The position numbers and the translations under genes are program-made. This document shows positions 50,092 through 62,284 of a DNA stretch of 64,000 nucleotides, piece after piece. The notes under the pieces were generated by a model. It searched no databases, was not told where the DNA came from, and worked only from the letters and a program-made list of their open reading frames with translations. This stretch comes from Lophium mytilinum (lineage: Eukaryota): positions 620,001 to 684,000 of the forward strand of contig MU004199.1 in the NCBI GenBank assembly GCA_010093605.1, given 5' to 3'. How positions within the stretch are numbered: the first letter of the stretch is position 1; each line of letters starts with the position of its first letter.

Positions 50092-52280
50092 CTAGTACGC
50101 AAACCGAAAGTTAAGCCTGAAGCATACTGCGTAAGCGCAAACTCTTTACACAACGCATGAGGAGGTGGAGGAGGTTTGCATACCGCTTATTCCCGCGATC
50201 TTTAGTAGTAGCTAGATACTCCCTCTTCTCGTCCAATGACATCCCGCCCCAGATCTTTGCACGTCGTCTGTCTCATTGTTAGTAGTCTGCTAGGAAATTT
50301 CCTTTTGATAAATCATCTATACCTGTTAACGCTGATATAGAAGACCCTCGCCCCGATAAAGAACGCAAAGTTGCATATGCAAACCGCGATCAAGACCTTA
50401 TTCCCTTTCCGATACATCGGCCGATCCTCGTCACGGTAGATCTGCACTTGTTCAGCAATTGCCTATCAAAAGCAGCCCTTGATCTTACATTCTGCCCAAT
50501 AATCGCGCTCGCCTGCACAAACATGTTATACAACGCACTCGCCACCGTCCGCGTCCTCACCGTCCCCGCATTCCGACTCACAATGGCCACCAAAATCGCA
50601 TGCACGTAGGGGTGACCCACCAACAGAACCGTCAACGTATACTTGACCCACTGATTCGCATCCCCCGGCAGCCACTCCAAGATCACAAGCAGCGGCAGCG
50701 CCCAGATCTGGCTCACCAGCCCAACCAAGAACCGCTGGTTCCACCGCTCCGCAACCTGCGTCCAGAACAGCAGTTGCGCGATGAACAGCAGATACGCGGG
50801 TATAGTCAGCAGATTCGTCTCAAACGTGGAGAAGCCGATCTCGCGCAGTTGCAGCGTCAGATACGCCGTCAGCGGGTTCGTGGGGATCTGGAAGGACACG
50901 GCGAGCAGGTAGATGGGGAGCATGTGCCAGTCGGTCAGGCAGTCCTTGACCATGCTGAGCGTGAGGGCTTGGCGGTTGTGCATGCCGCCTTTGCTGGGGT
51001 CGTCGCGGAGAATGCGGTTCACCATGATCTTTTCTTCGTGCGCGCTGAACCAGCTTTTCCCGCGGAAGCGGCTGGCGGTCTGTGTTGGGCTAGGAGGGAG
51101 GTAGAAGAAGGAAAGCACGCCTATGGCGCCGGTGAGGAGGCCTTCGAGGCCGAAGAGCCAGCGCCAGCCGGCTATGCCGTGTACGCCGCGGAGGTGGAGG
51201 AGGCCGTATGCGAAGAAGGCGGAGGTGATGTTCGTTAACTGTGACGACACCCAGAAATAGGAGAGCCGCGTGGGGAGTTCAGCGCCGGTGTAAAAGTAAG
51301 AGAGATACAAGATGTTATCTGGGATAAAGCCGCCTTCGATAACTCCAATGAGAGCGCGGCATAGGTAGAATGATTTCCGGCCCTGTAGGAAGGCTTGCAT
51401 GCTTGCGATGAGGCTCCAGACAACCATTTGAATCGGTATCCAGCGATCAGGGCCGATCCATTTAGAGATTAGTTGCGAGGGCAGCTCGGCGAGCAGGAAG
51501 GAGGTGTAGAAGATTGCTTGCCCGTAGTTGTAGTCGTTCGTAGTAAGCCCAAGATCAGGCAGCATGTTGTCGGAGAGGGCTTGTTGGATGTTGCCGCGGT
51601 CAAGTTGGAGGGCAAAAAACATCAGGCAGACCCAAGTACAGATCCATTTGTCGATCTGGGGGGTATGTCAGTGGAGTTGGAGGAAGATCGCGGCAGAAAG
51701 AAAAGAAAGATAGGAGGATATCAGAGGAAGAACAGTTTGAATTCGACTTCCTGACGCTGCCGGAGGTGACTTAGGTCAGGAGTAGATCTCAGGAACAACA
51801 TAATTTCTTTGGAGGTTGGTTCCAGACAGCAAGAAATCAAGCAAAGTGTTTAGTCGCATTTTGCTGTTAGGTATTCCTCGGGCCAGGTCTTGGAGGTTGG
51901 AAGCAATGTGAAGTTCGCGAAGGCTGATATGAAGCGTCTATTACAGAATCGAAGACGGGATGCTACATTTTTGAAAAAGTACTCCTTACCTTTCTCACTA
52001 CTTTATGCTCGTCACTTATGTTCCACCGATACTTAGGGTCATACCTATGCGCGCCTTCGTACCCCTCAACGGGCTCGTAAAACGTCTCTAGGCCATCGGT
52101 ATCGAAAGTGTTGCCATCCCCATCGCCTTGCAGCGCATCGTCCTCTTCAAACTCATCCACATCTGCCTTGGGCAGGATCGGTGAGTTGCTACTTGTTGAA
52201 AGCCTAGATGTTGAGCCGCTGTCCAGATCTTCGTCTTCTAGCGCTTGATACTCATGCCGTTTTGCTATGCGGTGGGACAT
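50092..52280 (-). CDS. MFS transporter, allantoate permease (Dal5/ACS) family, multi-exon
   Basis: YEGAHRYDP...VVRK|IDKWICTWVCLMFFALQLDRGNIQQALSDN, AELPSQLISK.IGPDRWIP, EGGF.P, GWRWLF.LEG, RILRDDPSKG.MHNRQ, ASALYNM; ends LNFRFAY*. Confidence 0.93.
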
Positions 52281-53787
52281 GCTGAAAAGGATCAGACTTC
52301 ACGGCTAGATGAATTAGGAGACGATCTCAATTTATAGCTGAGATGATAGTAAGAACTCCATACCCTAGAAATCTTTGTCCATTGAGGGTGGTGAGAGTGG
52401 GGAAGAAATGCGATTATTGCAGCCATGAAACGCTAGGAACGCACGACACAATCATAAGCTTAGCATAGAAAGCGCCCAAAGAGCGACTGTATATATTGAT
52501 CAAAAAGCCTGAGGTTGAGAATGACTTGAGTCGCGATATTAAGGTTGCAGGCGTTGCGTGCGGTTATGGTGTTTCAGATTCGTGTCATGTCGCCATTATC
52601 GTGGCTATCACGCGAAGTCCGGAACAAAGTAGATAAGGACGAAGCGGGTACTTGGTTGATCACGCTTCGTGAGTTGTGGAGCAGCTCAGCATCACGCGGA
52701 GAATCCTTTCGGTCAGATATGTAGGTGTTGGGGAGTAGCGAGCGGAGTTTCTCGAAGTCGATAGCAGACTTGTGGTCTCCCTGACTGAATCAGGGGTAGC
52801 CAATCAGAGGCTAGCTTATAGCTGATGATCTAACCAATATAGCGAATTCCAGTTCCACGTTCTCGTTTCTCTACATATCATGATGTTACTGTCATCAAGC
52901 AAGCTGTCTATGCGCTCAACGAAAAGTCGAGACGACCAACTCCGTTGGCGCCGCAGAACCAAACAACGTCGTCATCCATGTTCAGAGACATGAACATGAT
53001 ATTTGCATCCCTATAATTAGCGAGGCCGTTCATTACCTTAAAACCATCTCAAAGGATCTTACTTACGATATGTCGAAGATGATATTATGAGGTATGAAGA
53101 GAAAATCCGCAGGACTGCCTTTGAGTCTCTGACCGCCCTCGTAAGATGACGCCTACCGTGGCGGGATTCACCCGATGCTATACATGACCGCGCGAGATAC
53201 TCGAGTATGAGGACACAGAGCCTGTCTTTGATGGACACCAAATTGAACTATCGTATAAAGGAAGACCATGTAGTCAACCACCCTAGAGCCGTATGTGTGT
53301 ACCATACTGATTGAAAAGGAACAACTGGGGAGCGGTGCAATTTGTATCACTGGTAGAGATAGGAGAAGTGTTGATGACCTCCTAGTGTTCAGAGGGAATG
53401 AAATCAAGCTTGCTAAAGAGATACCATCCAAGCTTAGAGGTTCGAGGGACTTGAGATTTGAAGTGCAGTTCACATAAACAAGCCGCCAGAAGCACTCTCC
53501 AGTAAACTCTGATAGGTATCATTCAAAGGACAGCTGTCAATCTAGCCAGTGTCTAGGCGTGTCGGTACATGCATGTCGGCAAACTGGTATCCTGGAGAGG
53601 AAGTTAGCCGAAGGATGAATGTTGCAGGTGAGACTCGATGAGGTCAAAGAGCTTGGCTGAGGGTCCGAGCGAGTGCGACCTGCAGGAGCACATGTTGAAA
53701 GCTCACCAAACACCAACAGACCACCACGACGCCATCGCCAACATCCACCTCAACTCTTACTTTCATACGCCGTAAACAAATAACAAG

Positions 53788-55353
53788 ATGGACAAGGTGC
53801 AGGCTTTCGGGAAGAACTTCTCGTACGTACCCCCGCGCTCCAGTCCGTCCCTCGAACTGCTGTCTCTGGGCCTCGAAATGCTGACAGGAATTGCTTTGCA
53901 GTGCTACTTTCACTCCCTTTGCGGCACGAACCCAGCAGTATGTCAAAGAACAGCTTGGACAGGCCGAGGACAAGGTGCGATAGCCTGACCGTCCACCACA
54001 CCTTGTTCAGGAGCTTCGACAAGGGTGGTATTTACGGTCAGATCATTCGTTAACACCACATACACAGACTCAACTCCCACCGGACTATATCGAGCTCGAG
54101 AAGCGAGTCGATGCCCTCAAGAAGGTCCACACTACGCTGCTCCAAGTGACGTTCGTGCAACCCAGTCTGCGTCTCGGTTCCCCGCTTACAGAACGACCCC
54201 AGATCCCAATACACCAACGAAGCATATGACTACCCAAACAACCTCCGCGAATCCTTCAACGATCTTGGACGCACCGTCTCCGAGAAAGTATCCCTTCTCT
54301 CCGCCGCGACCTCCCCGGCAGAGGCCCAAGCCGCGTTGACCGCGCCTCCCGCCGCAAAGCCGCAGCCCAAGACCTTCAGTCACGCCCTTGCGCGGGCTTC
54401 TCTCAATGGATCGCATATCCTGTCAGCCGACCACTCGGGTGCCGGCGAGGACCCTCTATCTACGGCCCTAGAGAAATTCGCCATTGCGAGCGAGAAGGTC
54501 GGCGAGGCGCGTTTGGCCCAGGATGCTCAGATCCAGAGCAGGTTCTTGGCTGGCTGGAGCACAACGCTAAACACGAACTTGATGTTCGCCCAGCGGGCAC
54601 GCAAGGCGGTTGAGAATTCGCGACTGAGTCTCGATGCGACCAAGGCCAAGGCGAAGAGCGGCCCCGCTTTCTCATTGCCCGGACAGCAGCCCAAGACTGG
54701 CTTGGAGGACCATGAGATCAGCGAGGAGGCTAGGGCTCAAATTGAGCAGGCTGAGGACGAGTTCGTTGGCCAGACAGAAGAAGCAGTGGGCGTCATGAAG
54801 AATGTGAGTATACGCATGGCGTGGCAGAGCTCAACCTGGACACTACGCTGAAAGCTCCCATGATTATTTTTCTTCAACCTCATCCCCCTACCAAGGTAAA
54901 TTTCTGACTCAAATCATAGGTCCTCGACACGCCCGAACCTCTCCGCAACCTCGCGGACTTGATCGCCGCTCAGCTCGAATACCACAAGAAGGCCTACGAG
55001 ATCCTCTCGGAATTGGCCCCGGTCGTCGACCAGTTGCAGGTCGAGCAGGAGGTGCGTCGACACGAGAACTCCGATTTCTAGATCTCCCCTGCGTTGCTGT
55101 TCTCGCATGTTATATGTCCTTGCGCACTGAAGGACTGTCTATTTACTGTTCCGATCTCGGACACCCACCCATGTCTCATCTCGCTGCTCTTGCCCTGTAC
55201 GCAATAAGGAGCACCATATGTCATTCATATTCACAAGCCGAACTTGACTATTTACACCCTTTACTGCTTCTGCCTGCCGTCGTTGTTCTCTCGATTTATT
55301 GCTGACTGAAACGTTTATAGGCTAGCTACCGCAAGAGCCGCGAGGGCGCTTAG
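53788..55353 (+). CDS. GVP36: BAR-domain protein Gvp36-like, ~6 exons
   Basis: MDKVQAFGKNFS|...TQLPPDYIELEKRVDALK...YTNEAYDYP...PKTFSHALARAS...RLAQD...AEDEFVGQTEEAVGVMKN|VLDTPEPLRNLADLIAAQLEYHK...|ASYRKSREGA*. Confidence 0.9.
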
Positions 55354-56890
55354 GCTGCTCCTACATTGGACCGATATGCGCTTGACTCCCGACGGCGCAG
55401 TGGGGCGAGACCCTACGGTGAACTCTCGTTGGACCGCAAGGCGCTGGTATCCGGATACCCGACTTCACATTGCGAGTTGTGGGCAGATGGCCAGGTATAG
55501 CGGCCTGTTGCTCTTTTTCATTGTCATTGGAAGGGCTTTCTTGCCGTTGATTGATTAACCATCGACCTTTGTTGGGAGGAGTTTTTGATGACATGTTTAT
55601 GGGGTTCCTTCTTGTTAGTGTAGGTTGCCGAATCAGAAACTGCTTCGATGACGTTTTCCAGTTGCATGGCTGTTGCGTTGGCGGAGAACGTGCTGGCCTA
55701 GGAGCTTGAGAAATACCCAGTGTGAGGTGGCTGCTATACGGCATCTGTGGCTTGCTCTTCACCCTTTGTTCCCGAGATAGTGCTATATCGCGTGAAGATC
55801 TGTCACATCTGGAAAGTCTGACACTTCTCAACTGCAAGACACGATATGCCTGCAGCTTTGATTTCAAGTCGTTGGTCTTTCGTGCCAAATAGCAGCTTAA
55901 ATGTCCGCCTCCAGGAGCACTGTAACAGCATACATGGCCCTCTTCGATCGAACCTCACACCCTTCTCGACGCTTCGGCTCTACACACCTCCACTTCGACT
56001 TAATCTAACCATATGAACGAATCACAGCATAAAGTGCCAGAAGATGCAGAACCCGCACCCCGATCTAATAGCATTGATTGCGATCCACGTGATCGGAAAG
56101 CATATTATTCCTCGCGCGCGAAGTGCGCTGACATAATGTGTCTACACTAACGGAAGTCTAGGCGATGTTTAAGGAGAGGGTGCGGGTAGTAAGGGTAAGG
56201 GGAAGAGTAGAGGAAGGTTGGTCCATAAACAATAGAGGGTAGTGGGATTAAGATGGTAAAAGGGGACAGAAGGTTGGGGTTCTAAAGGTGCTATGGTTGG
56301 CATCGGGCAAAGCTTCGGGATGAGGATCATCATGGATAGATACCCTAGAAGGACTTTTGCAATGTTCTACTCTACACTAGTCACGTTGACATGACACTAC
56401 CAATCCGCCATGCGTGATGGAAATGGTGAGATCCATGACCCAAAGCTTTTGAGATAGGTTGTGGAAATGTGAAGATACTGAGTACTGCGACACAAGTGTA
56501 AGCACTATTTGTAGGTTTTTTGGAGTATCTCGCTATGCTTTGGAACTCGAGGTATAATATGAAACAGCACACAGCGGAAATAGTGCGACTGAGCGACTGA
56601 TCGCAGACATGCTGAGCAAGGTACCTCGTACAGTATTGCAAAAAACAGAAGTGGAACGCGAGCCAGTGACATATCCGTTGCCTGAACTTACAACCTAGTA
56701 CTTACTTTACGAACGGCAGCCAGTCCGTGCGATTCGTCCACGCGATTTATATGCCAAACTAAAGAAGTGAGGAAATACTGCCAAAAAATACCATCTAGCA
56801 GCCATAAGCGATATCAACAGTCTCAACAATCACGGTCTCCGCAATAGAATCACCGTTTTTCCCCCCTATCTTCAAGACACTACCATAACA

Positions 56891-57037
56891 TCACCTAATC
56901 CCCCTCTCCCAAACCCGACACCCCAAACACTGAAAATGCCCGCATTGCCTACACGCAGGATCCCTCTCCACAACCCAAAAATTGCCGCGCCAGATCGTGT
57001 TGCAGTGGCAGCAGCGCCAGACATCCAGTGGTGGCAT
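56891..57037 (-). CDS. Putative 48-aa Cys/His-rich zinc-binding micro-protein (absent from the ORF track)
   Basis: Translated by hand: MPPLDVWRCCHCNTIWRGNFWVVERDPACRQCGHFQCLGCRVWERGIR*. Shows the same 5'-C/3'-G compositional polarity as bona fide genes in this window and a C-rich leader. Confidence 0.65.
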   Translation of the reverse strand: MPPLDVWRCCHCNTIWRGNFWVVERDPACRQCGHFQCLGCRVWERGIR

Positions 57038-60000
57038 TCTTGTTAATTTTAGCATTGTATGTAGTGCGTTAGCTGTGTTTACTGATGTCGATGACTTGGT
57101 CGCGGGGGGTGTGTGAGGGGGGGGGGATGATGGAAGCGGGGGCTGTAGGGAGAGTTGATATGGATGGTGGAAAGTTAGGGGAGGATGTTTCTATGCTGTT
57201 GAAAGATATGGGTTTGAAGAAAGGAGGACAGCGCGCGAGACGTGGTGCATGAGTATTTGTGTGCACTGAATCCCCAAAAAGGGTAGTGATGAGGTGTTGT
57301 CTCTTGCTGTAATGTTGCTAATGCGGGAAATGCTGGCATATTGCATATGGGCGTGTGTTTTCGATCAATTTGGCATCTCCGATTTTTCGCAAGGGGGAGT
57401 CTATGAGGAGGCCGCGTTGGCATGGGGAGCCTCCGTGGCCCGGTTGCTGGGTCGTGGCGTGGTGTTGTCTCCATTATTTGCTGATTTTCTCCAAGCACTG
57501 GGGGGACTCGGATATTGTTTAGCATGTAGACAGGGCAGCTCGCTGCTCAGCCGGTAAGTGTGTACAACGTTATATTTGTCCCATCGTGTCTTGATTATCT
57601 TGAGCATACTAGAGGACTATGGAGAATATCAACAATGGTAAATAGCGCAGCTTAAGTGGGACCATGAATTAAGATATAGCAAAGTCTTCAGCACCGAGAA
57701 TCAGATTGGGGAAATCCTTACGACTGCTTGGAGTACCCTGATAGGCTTATAATATACTATTTACGATGTAAAGGCTGCTGTGGTGGGGAGCAGGCAGCTA
57801 TTTGGCGAAGCTAATACTTGCTAGCTGAGGTACTTCCCAGAGTGGTATCGATGGAACAGGAAGGGAGCCGAAGCAGTGATATACTCGTGTGCCCAACCTT
57901 ATGACCTAGTACTGTATACATAGAGGAGAAGATGTAAAAGAACATTCTCTCACACCTAATACAAGGAAGTTAGCCAGCTCACTCACTACATATATATCTT
58001 ATATGCTTCTACTGACCTCTTAGACTAGCCTAGTACAAAACCGCGACCATGTATACTACCTCGAGGATGAGAGTTAGACAGGAATAAGAGCGAATTTTGG
58101 GAAGATAGAAATGCCCGAGTGGTAGGTGAGCAGACAAAATAAGAAAGTGGCATCCCGATGGCTCAAACTCTACACTTCGCCATCAACATTCTATATTCAT
58201 TTCGTACCAGACGATGAATGGAAACTCAGTACACTATGGTGCACGGGTTACAGGACTGATTGCGTCCCCATGAGAAACTGTCCACGAGGGCTTCATGCAA
58301 GGAAACTTGCGTTCCTTGGTGAGAGAGCCCCGCCGTCCGGGTAGTTGGAAGATTGCGGGGACCGTGACGTGCGAGACCCTGTTGCTCAGGGATGTCAGAC
58401 CGATCTCAACTCCTCGGGGCCTTTGAGAGAGGCAGGCCTGAGATGACCACCTCCAAACGAGTAGAGAGAGGGCGCAGTTCCCGCCAGGGGGAGTCAGTCA
58501 GCTAATTCATCATTCCAGGATGACGCCCCAATGCATGAGCGCTCGGCAGCTTGCGCGGCCTCTCCAGTCAATAGAGAAGATAGAGAAACATACGACATGG
58601 TGATGAGGCGATTCGAAGTCCGGCATACGTCGTGGACTGACTGAGGGAGGACGTGAGGGGCCGGTGCCAAGACGCGGTCATGATGTGGCATCAGCGCCCC
58701 AGCATTCGAGAAGACGCTCAGAAAGGGCAGTGTTAGAGGCTGGAATGACTCGGCAATGGGGAGAAATGCAGGTGCACACCGCAAGTTGGGCTGTCAGGGA
58801 TGGATGGAATCTGATGGCAGGAAAATAGACGAATATTGTGCGTTAGATATCTGAGATTGGTAACTATTGCCACGTTTCTGCAGTGTAAGTTTATTGGCAG
58901 GTGGGAGAGTGTGCATTGCTGCACTCATGGAGACTACTGCCGCATTCATGCTTGGGCGTTTATATTGAATGCGGGGTTGGGACTAGGCCGAGGATGATGA
59001 GGTAGACGCACATGTGCTACCTTGCGAATGCGCAGCGCTTAGAATTTGGTGAAGGAAAGGAACGTATATTTAGCATGTACTACAAAGTATGAGGTAGGAG
59101 AAGGAGATCCAACTAGAAGTGAGGACAGGACGGTGCGACGGTAGCAGGGTCGTTTCAAGCAGACGACAAACCTCTTTGCACGCGCCATTCGCGTCTGGCC
59201 AACTTGACTGCTCGTATTCGTACGATGAGACGGAGTGGCGCCTGTCGCCAGCAGGCGCAGCTCCATAGGATAGCTCTATAGTGCTCGTGGAATTGTCACT
59301 TCCTTCAAGGCCCGCGTGGTCTCGCACGTCTGCGGGAAGGTGATCAAGGTGATAGAAATGATCATCCTTTGTACATGTACATAAAGTACACGCTCATGAC
59401 CCTGTACCGCGCCAACTGCCGGCCTTATGATCGGACTCGGACGCTCGGTCGACCCAGCAGCTTGATAGACGTGGTTTCATGCTTCTTGCCCAAAGAACGG
59501 AGACGAGCTAGGCCTGCTTTTTTTCTTTTTACGACGGCGACGGAAGCAGCCGTCTTCATAGCTCTAATGGTGCTGCTGAAACATGGAAAAGGCGAGAAGA
59601 AGACGGTCAAGGCTCGGAACGACCATATGAAACGCTCGAAACGACGGGCAGGTGAAAAGAGGAAGCTCGGCAAGCAACATCAGACGAGCGAAGCTTTTCG
59701 GCGACTAAAAGCGGCAACGCCCGATCCGGCCTAGCACGAACTGGAAGTTCCACTAAATATTAGCAGCTCGTAAGCTGGTAGGCTAACCACGGAGACAGAG
59801 TGGTTGGCAGGCATGAGAACGCGGCTCAGACGACGCGTTGCTTTGCAGACAGTATGACGCGGAGAGGCCTGCCGGCTGCATCGCGGCCACTTACGTGCAG
59901 CGATTCTACGGGGCGGCACGGCAGTGCAATGAAGGAACAAAAGCATCTGAGAAGCGAACATTGCGGCAAGGAATGGGCGGAGAGAGCAAAGAAGCGGTTG

Positions 60001-62284
60001 GGGGCGAGGGCGGCTGCAGACCCCCGTTGAGGTGAGGGTTCAGGAACATGGCCGCAAAGTCAGCAGCCTGGCCGGGCGGAGACTGTAAATTGTGTGCATC
60101 GGTCACTGGCGACGGCTCGGGCAGGGCTGTGGCTGCATCTGTCGATAAATGGGCTCGCAGCTAGCCCTGTGAGTCTCACGGAGGACGTTGCACGGCGATG
60201 CAGAAACCCGCATGCGCAGTCTGGTGTCTCCCCAGCGGCGGCGAGTCGCGCAGACAAGGTGTAGGACGAAGAATCTTCTTCTTTTGCCAGCGGGCCGAGA
60301 TGACTTCCATGATGAGGGCGGGCGACTTTGCGGCCGGCTGAGAGTGAAGCAGGCCAGCGGCTCCCCCAAATGAAATGCGAAACTGCGCCCAAGAATTGTG
60401 CGACCGGGGGTCCACTTTTTAGAGGCTTTCAGGGCTGGTGCGATTGGCTGGACGAGTGGATACCAGGCAAATTGCCCGAGGGGCGACCCCAGGCTTCAAA
60501 CCCGGATGGTTTGTGCGTCGCGCAGAAGAAACAGCCAGACTTCTGCTCGCCGCCAGCGCAGAATCTTCGGACGGTGAGCAGGACGGCCGTCGCACGCTGA
60601 GCATTGTTTCGTCTCTCGAGGAGCCTGCTGATCGGCCTTGTGCGCGTGTGAGAGAAGGGTCAGTTCGCTGTGTCGACAGCAGGGCCCGCGGTAGGCGCCC
60701 CCTCGCGCTCTCGCGCTATCGAATATCGAATGCCCTTTGGCGCGCTCGTTGTGCCCGTTGCGTCGGTTTATGCCGGGCGTTCTGTGAAGCTGCCCGCAAG
60801 GTACGCCCATCCCAAGACGGGATGTCGGAAGGAGGTTTGGCGGCTGCGCACTTTCACCGATTATTACGCGGTTACTAAGCGGTGTTCAAGCGCTAAGCCT
60901 ATCCGGGAGCCGGGGGCGTGACAAGGCTCCTCGGATACCTCTCCGACCCTTCGTATAGGAGGCATGTTCTTGAGTACAACAGTAGTACCTGGACATGAAA
61001 GAGAGGCTCTTCATATGTAGCGAAAAGTATAATAGATTCTGGCCAGAATAAAGCAAGAGTAAGGCGGCCAAGACGTCCCGAATTCAGTGAAATTACTGAG
61101 GCTTCAGACCCGCCTGTTGTCAACGGGTGCTAATCAGCTTCTGGTCAGCGAGGTCCCACGCGCAGCTCCCGCTAATATGGGCTAATACCACCTGCAGGGA
61201 AGACAAGCTAGGCCCTGGGTGGCAGCCAAATCTCGCGAGGCTCAGCACCCCTTCTTCCATCTCACCTCCGTCCGCCTTGCCAACCTCACCATCTCGCCCT
61301 CCACCCTCCTCTCCCTCCGCCCGCCCTCTCACGACAATCCTCGACCGGACCGTCCCACTGCCCAACAACCGAATTGCAGTGCGAACGCCCTCCCCGCCGT
61401 CGCAGTCCGAACGTCTTCCTCTGCCGCTCTCACGCTCAGCCCCTTCCTTCGACCACGCTCATTCCCGCCGTTCCTAGTGAACACCGCCATTCTTTTGATC
61501 CCTCTGTTTCGTGCCGCCACTTCACAAACCCGCTTCGGACTGTCGCCTGTGTGACGTCCACGACACTCATTTCACCGCTCTTCACGATCCCGCTGCTCGC
61601 CGTCGCGACCGTCGTCCGCATCACACGCGCCAGGCCAACTTCACCTCGACATCGTAACAAAGACACACCCCGGGCGCCGTGACCTATAATCGGATAACGC
61701 TATTCTCTCGCCCCTGGAAAAGTCGTGCGAGCGCCTTTGTTCAAACCCCAGGAACCTAGGACGCTCTTTGTCCGGCCAGCCACGAGAGTCGCACCTTCGA
61801 TCCATTGTTGCGAGCTGGCGATTTGTGCCAAAGACGACGGCACTCGGAAGCCGATTCTGTGCAACGCGCAATCAATCACTGCACTAGAGCACCCTGCGAA
61901 GTCATCGAAGATGACGGCGTAGTCTGTCTGGCCCTGTTACTTCCTTCGACACCACCAACTCTACCCAGAGACCTGGTTTTCGAATAGCTGCCTTGACAGT
62001 CTATGTACGTTCTCCCTGCAAATCTTGGAGCAAACCCGACGATTTCCCGGCAAATTCACCACCCTTCGTAGAACCGCCAACTAACGTGTCAATTCTAGAT
62101 CCACTCATTTCCTTGATTCGTCAAGTACACTCGTTTATACCTCAGCCCTGACAGTACGTGTCCCGCACCTCAAACCTCGATATCCGCTAACTGTCAAAGA
62201 CGTCCCCTCGGACGCGCCTCGAGATACCCTTCAACCATCCTAGACGGAACCTTTTTGCAGACTGTTTGATAATACTGATCCAAA

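Noticed and set aside
52900..53477. Protein-like fragments (…RYEEKIRRTAFESL…, …LAKEIPSKLRGSRDLRFEVQFT*)
   Set aside because: Could not build a consistent spliced model or recognise a family by eye.
57600..62200. Many short ORFs in the long region upstream of the mucin
   Set aside because: Mutually overlapping, no homology cues; consistent with an extended regulatory region and 5' UTR.
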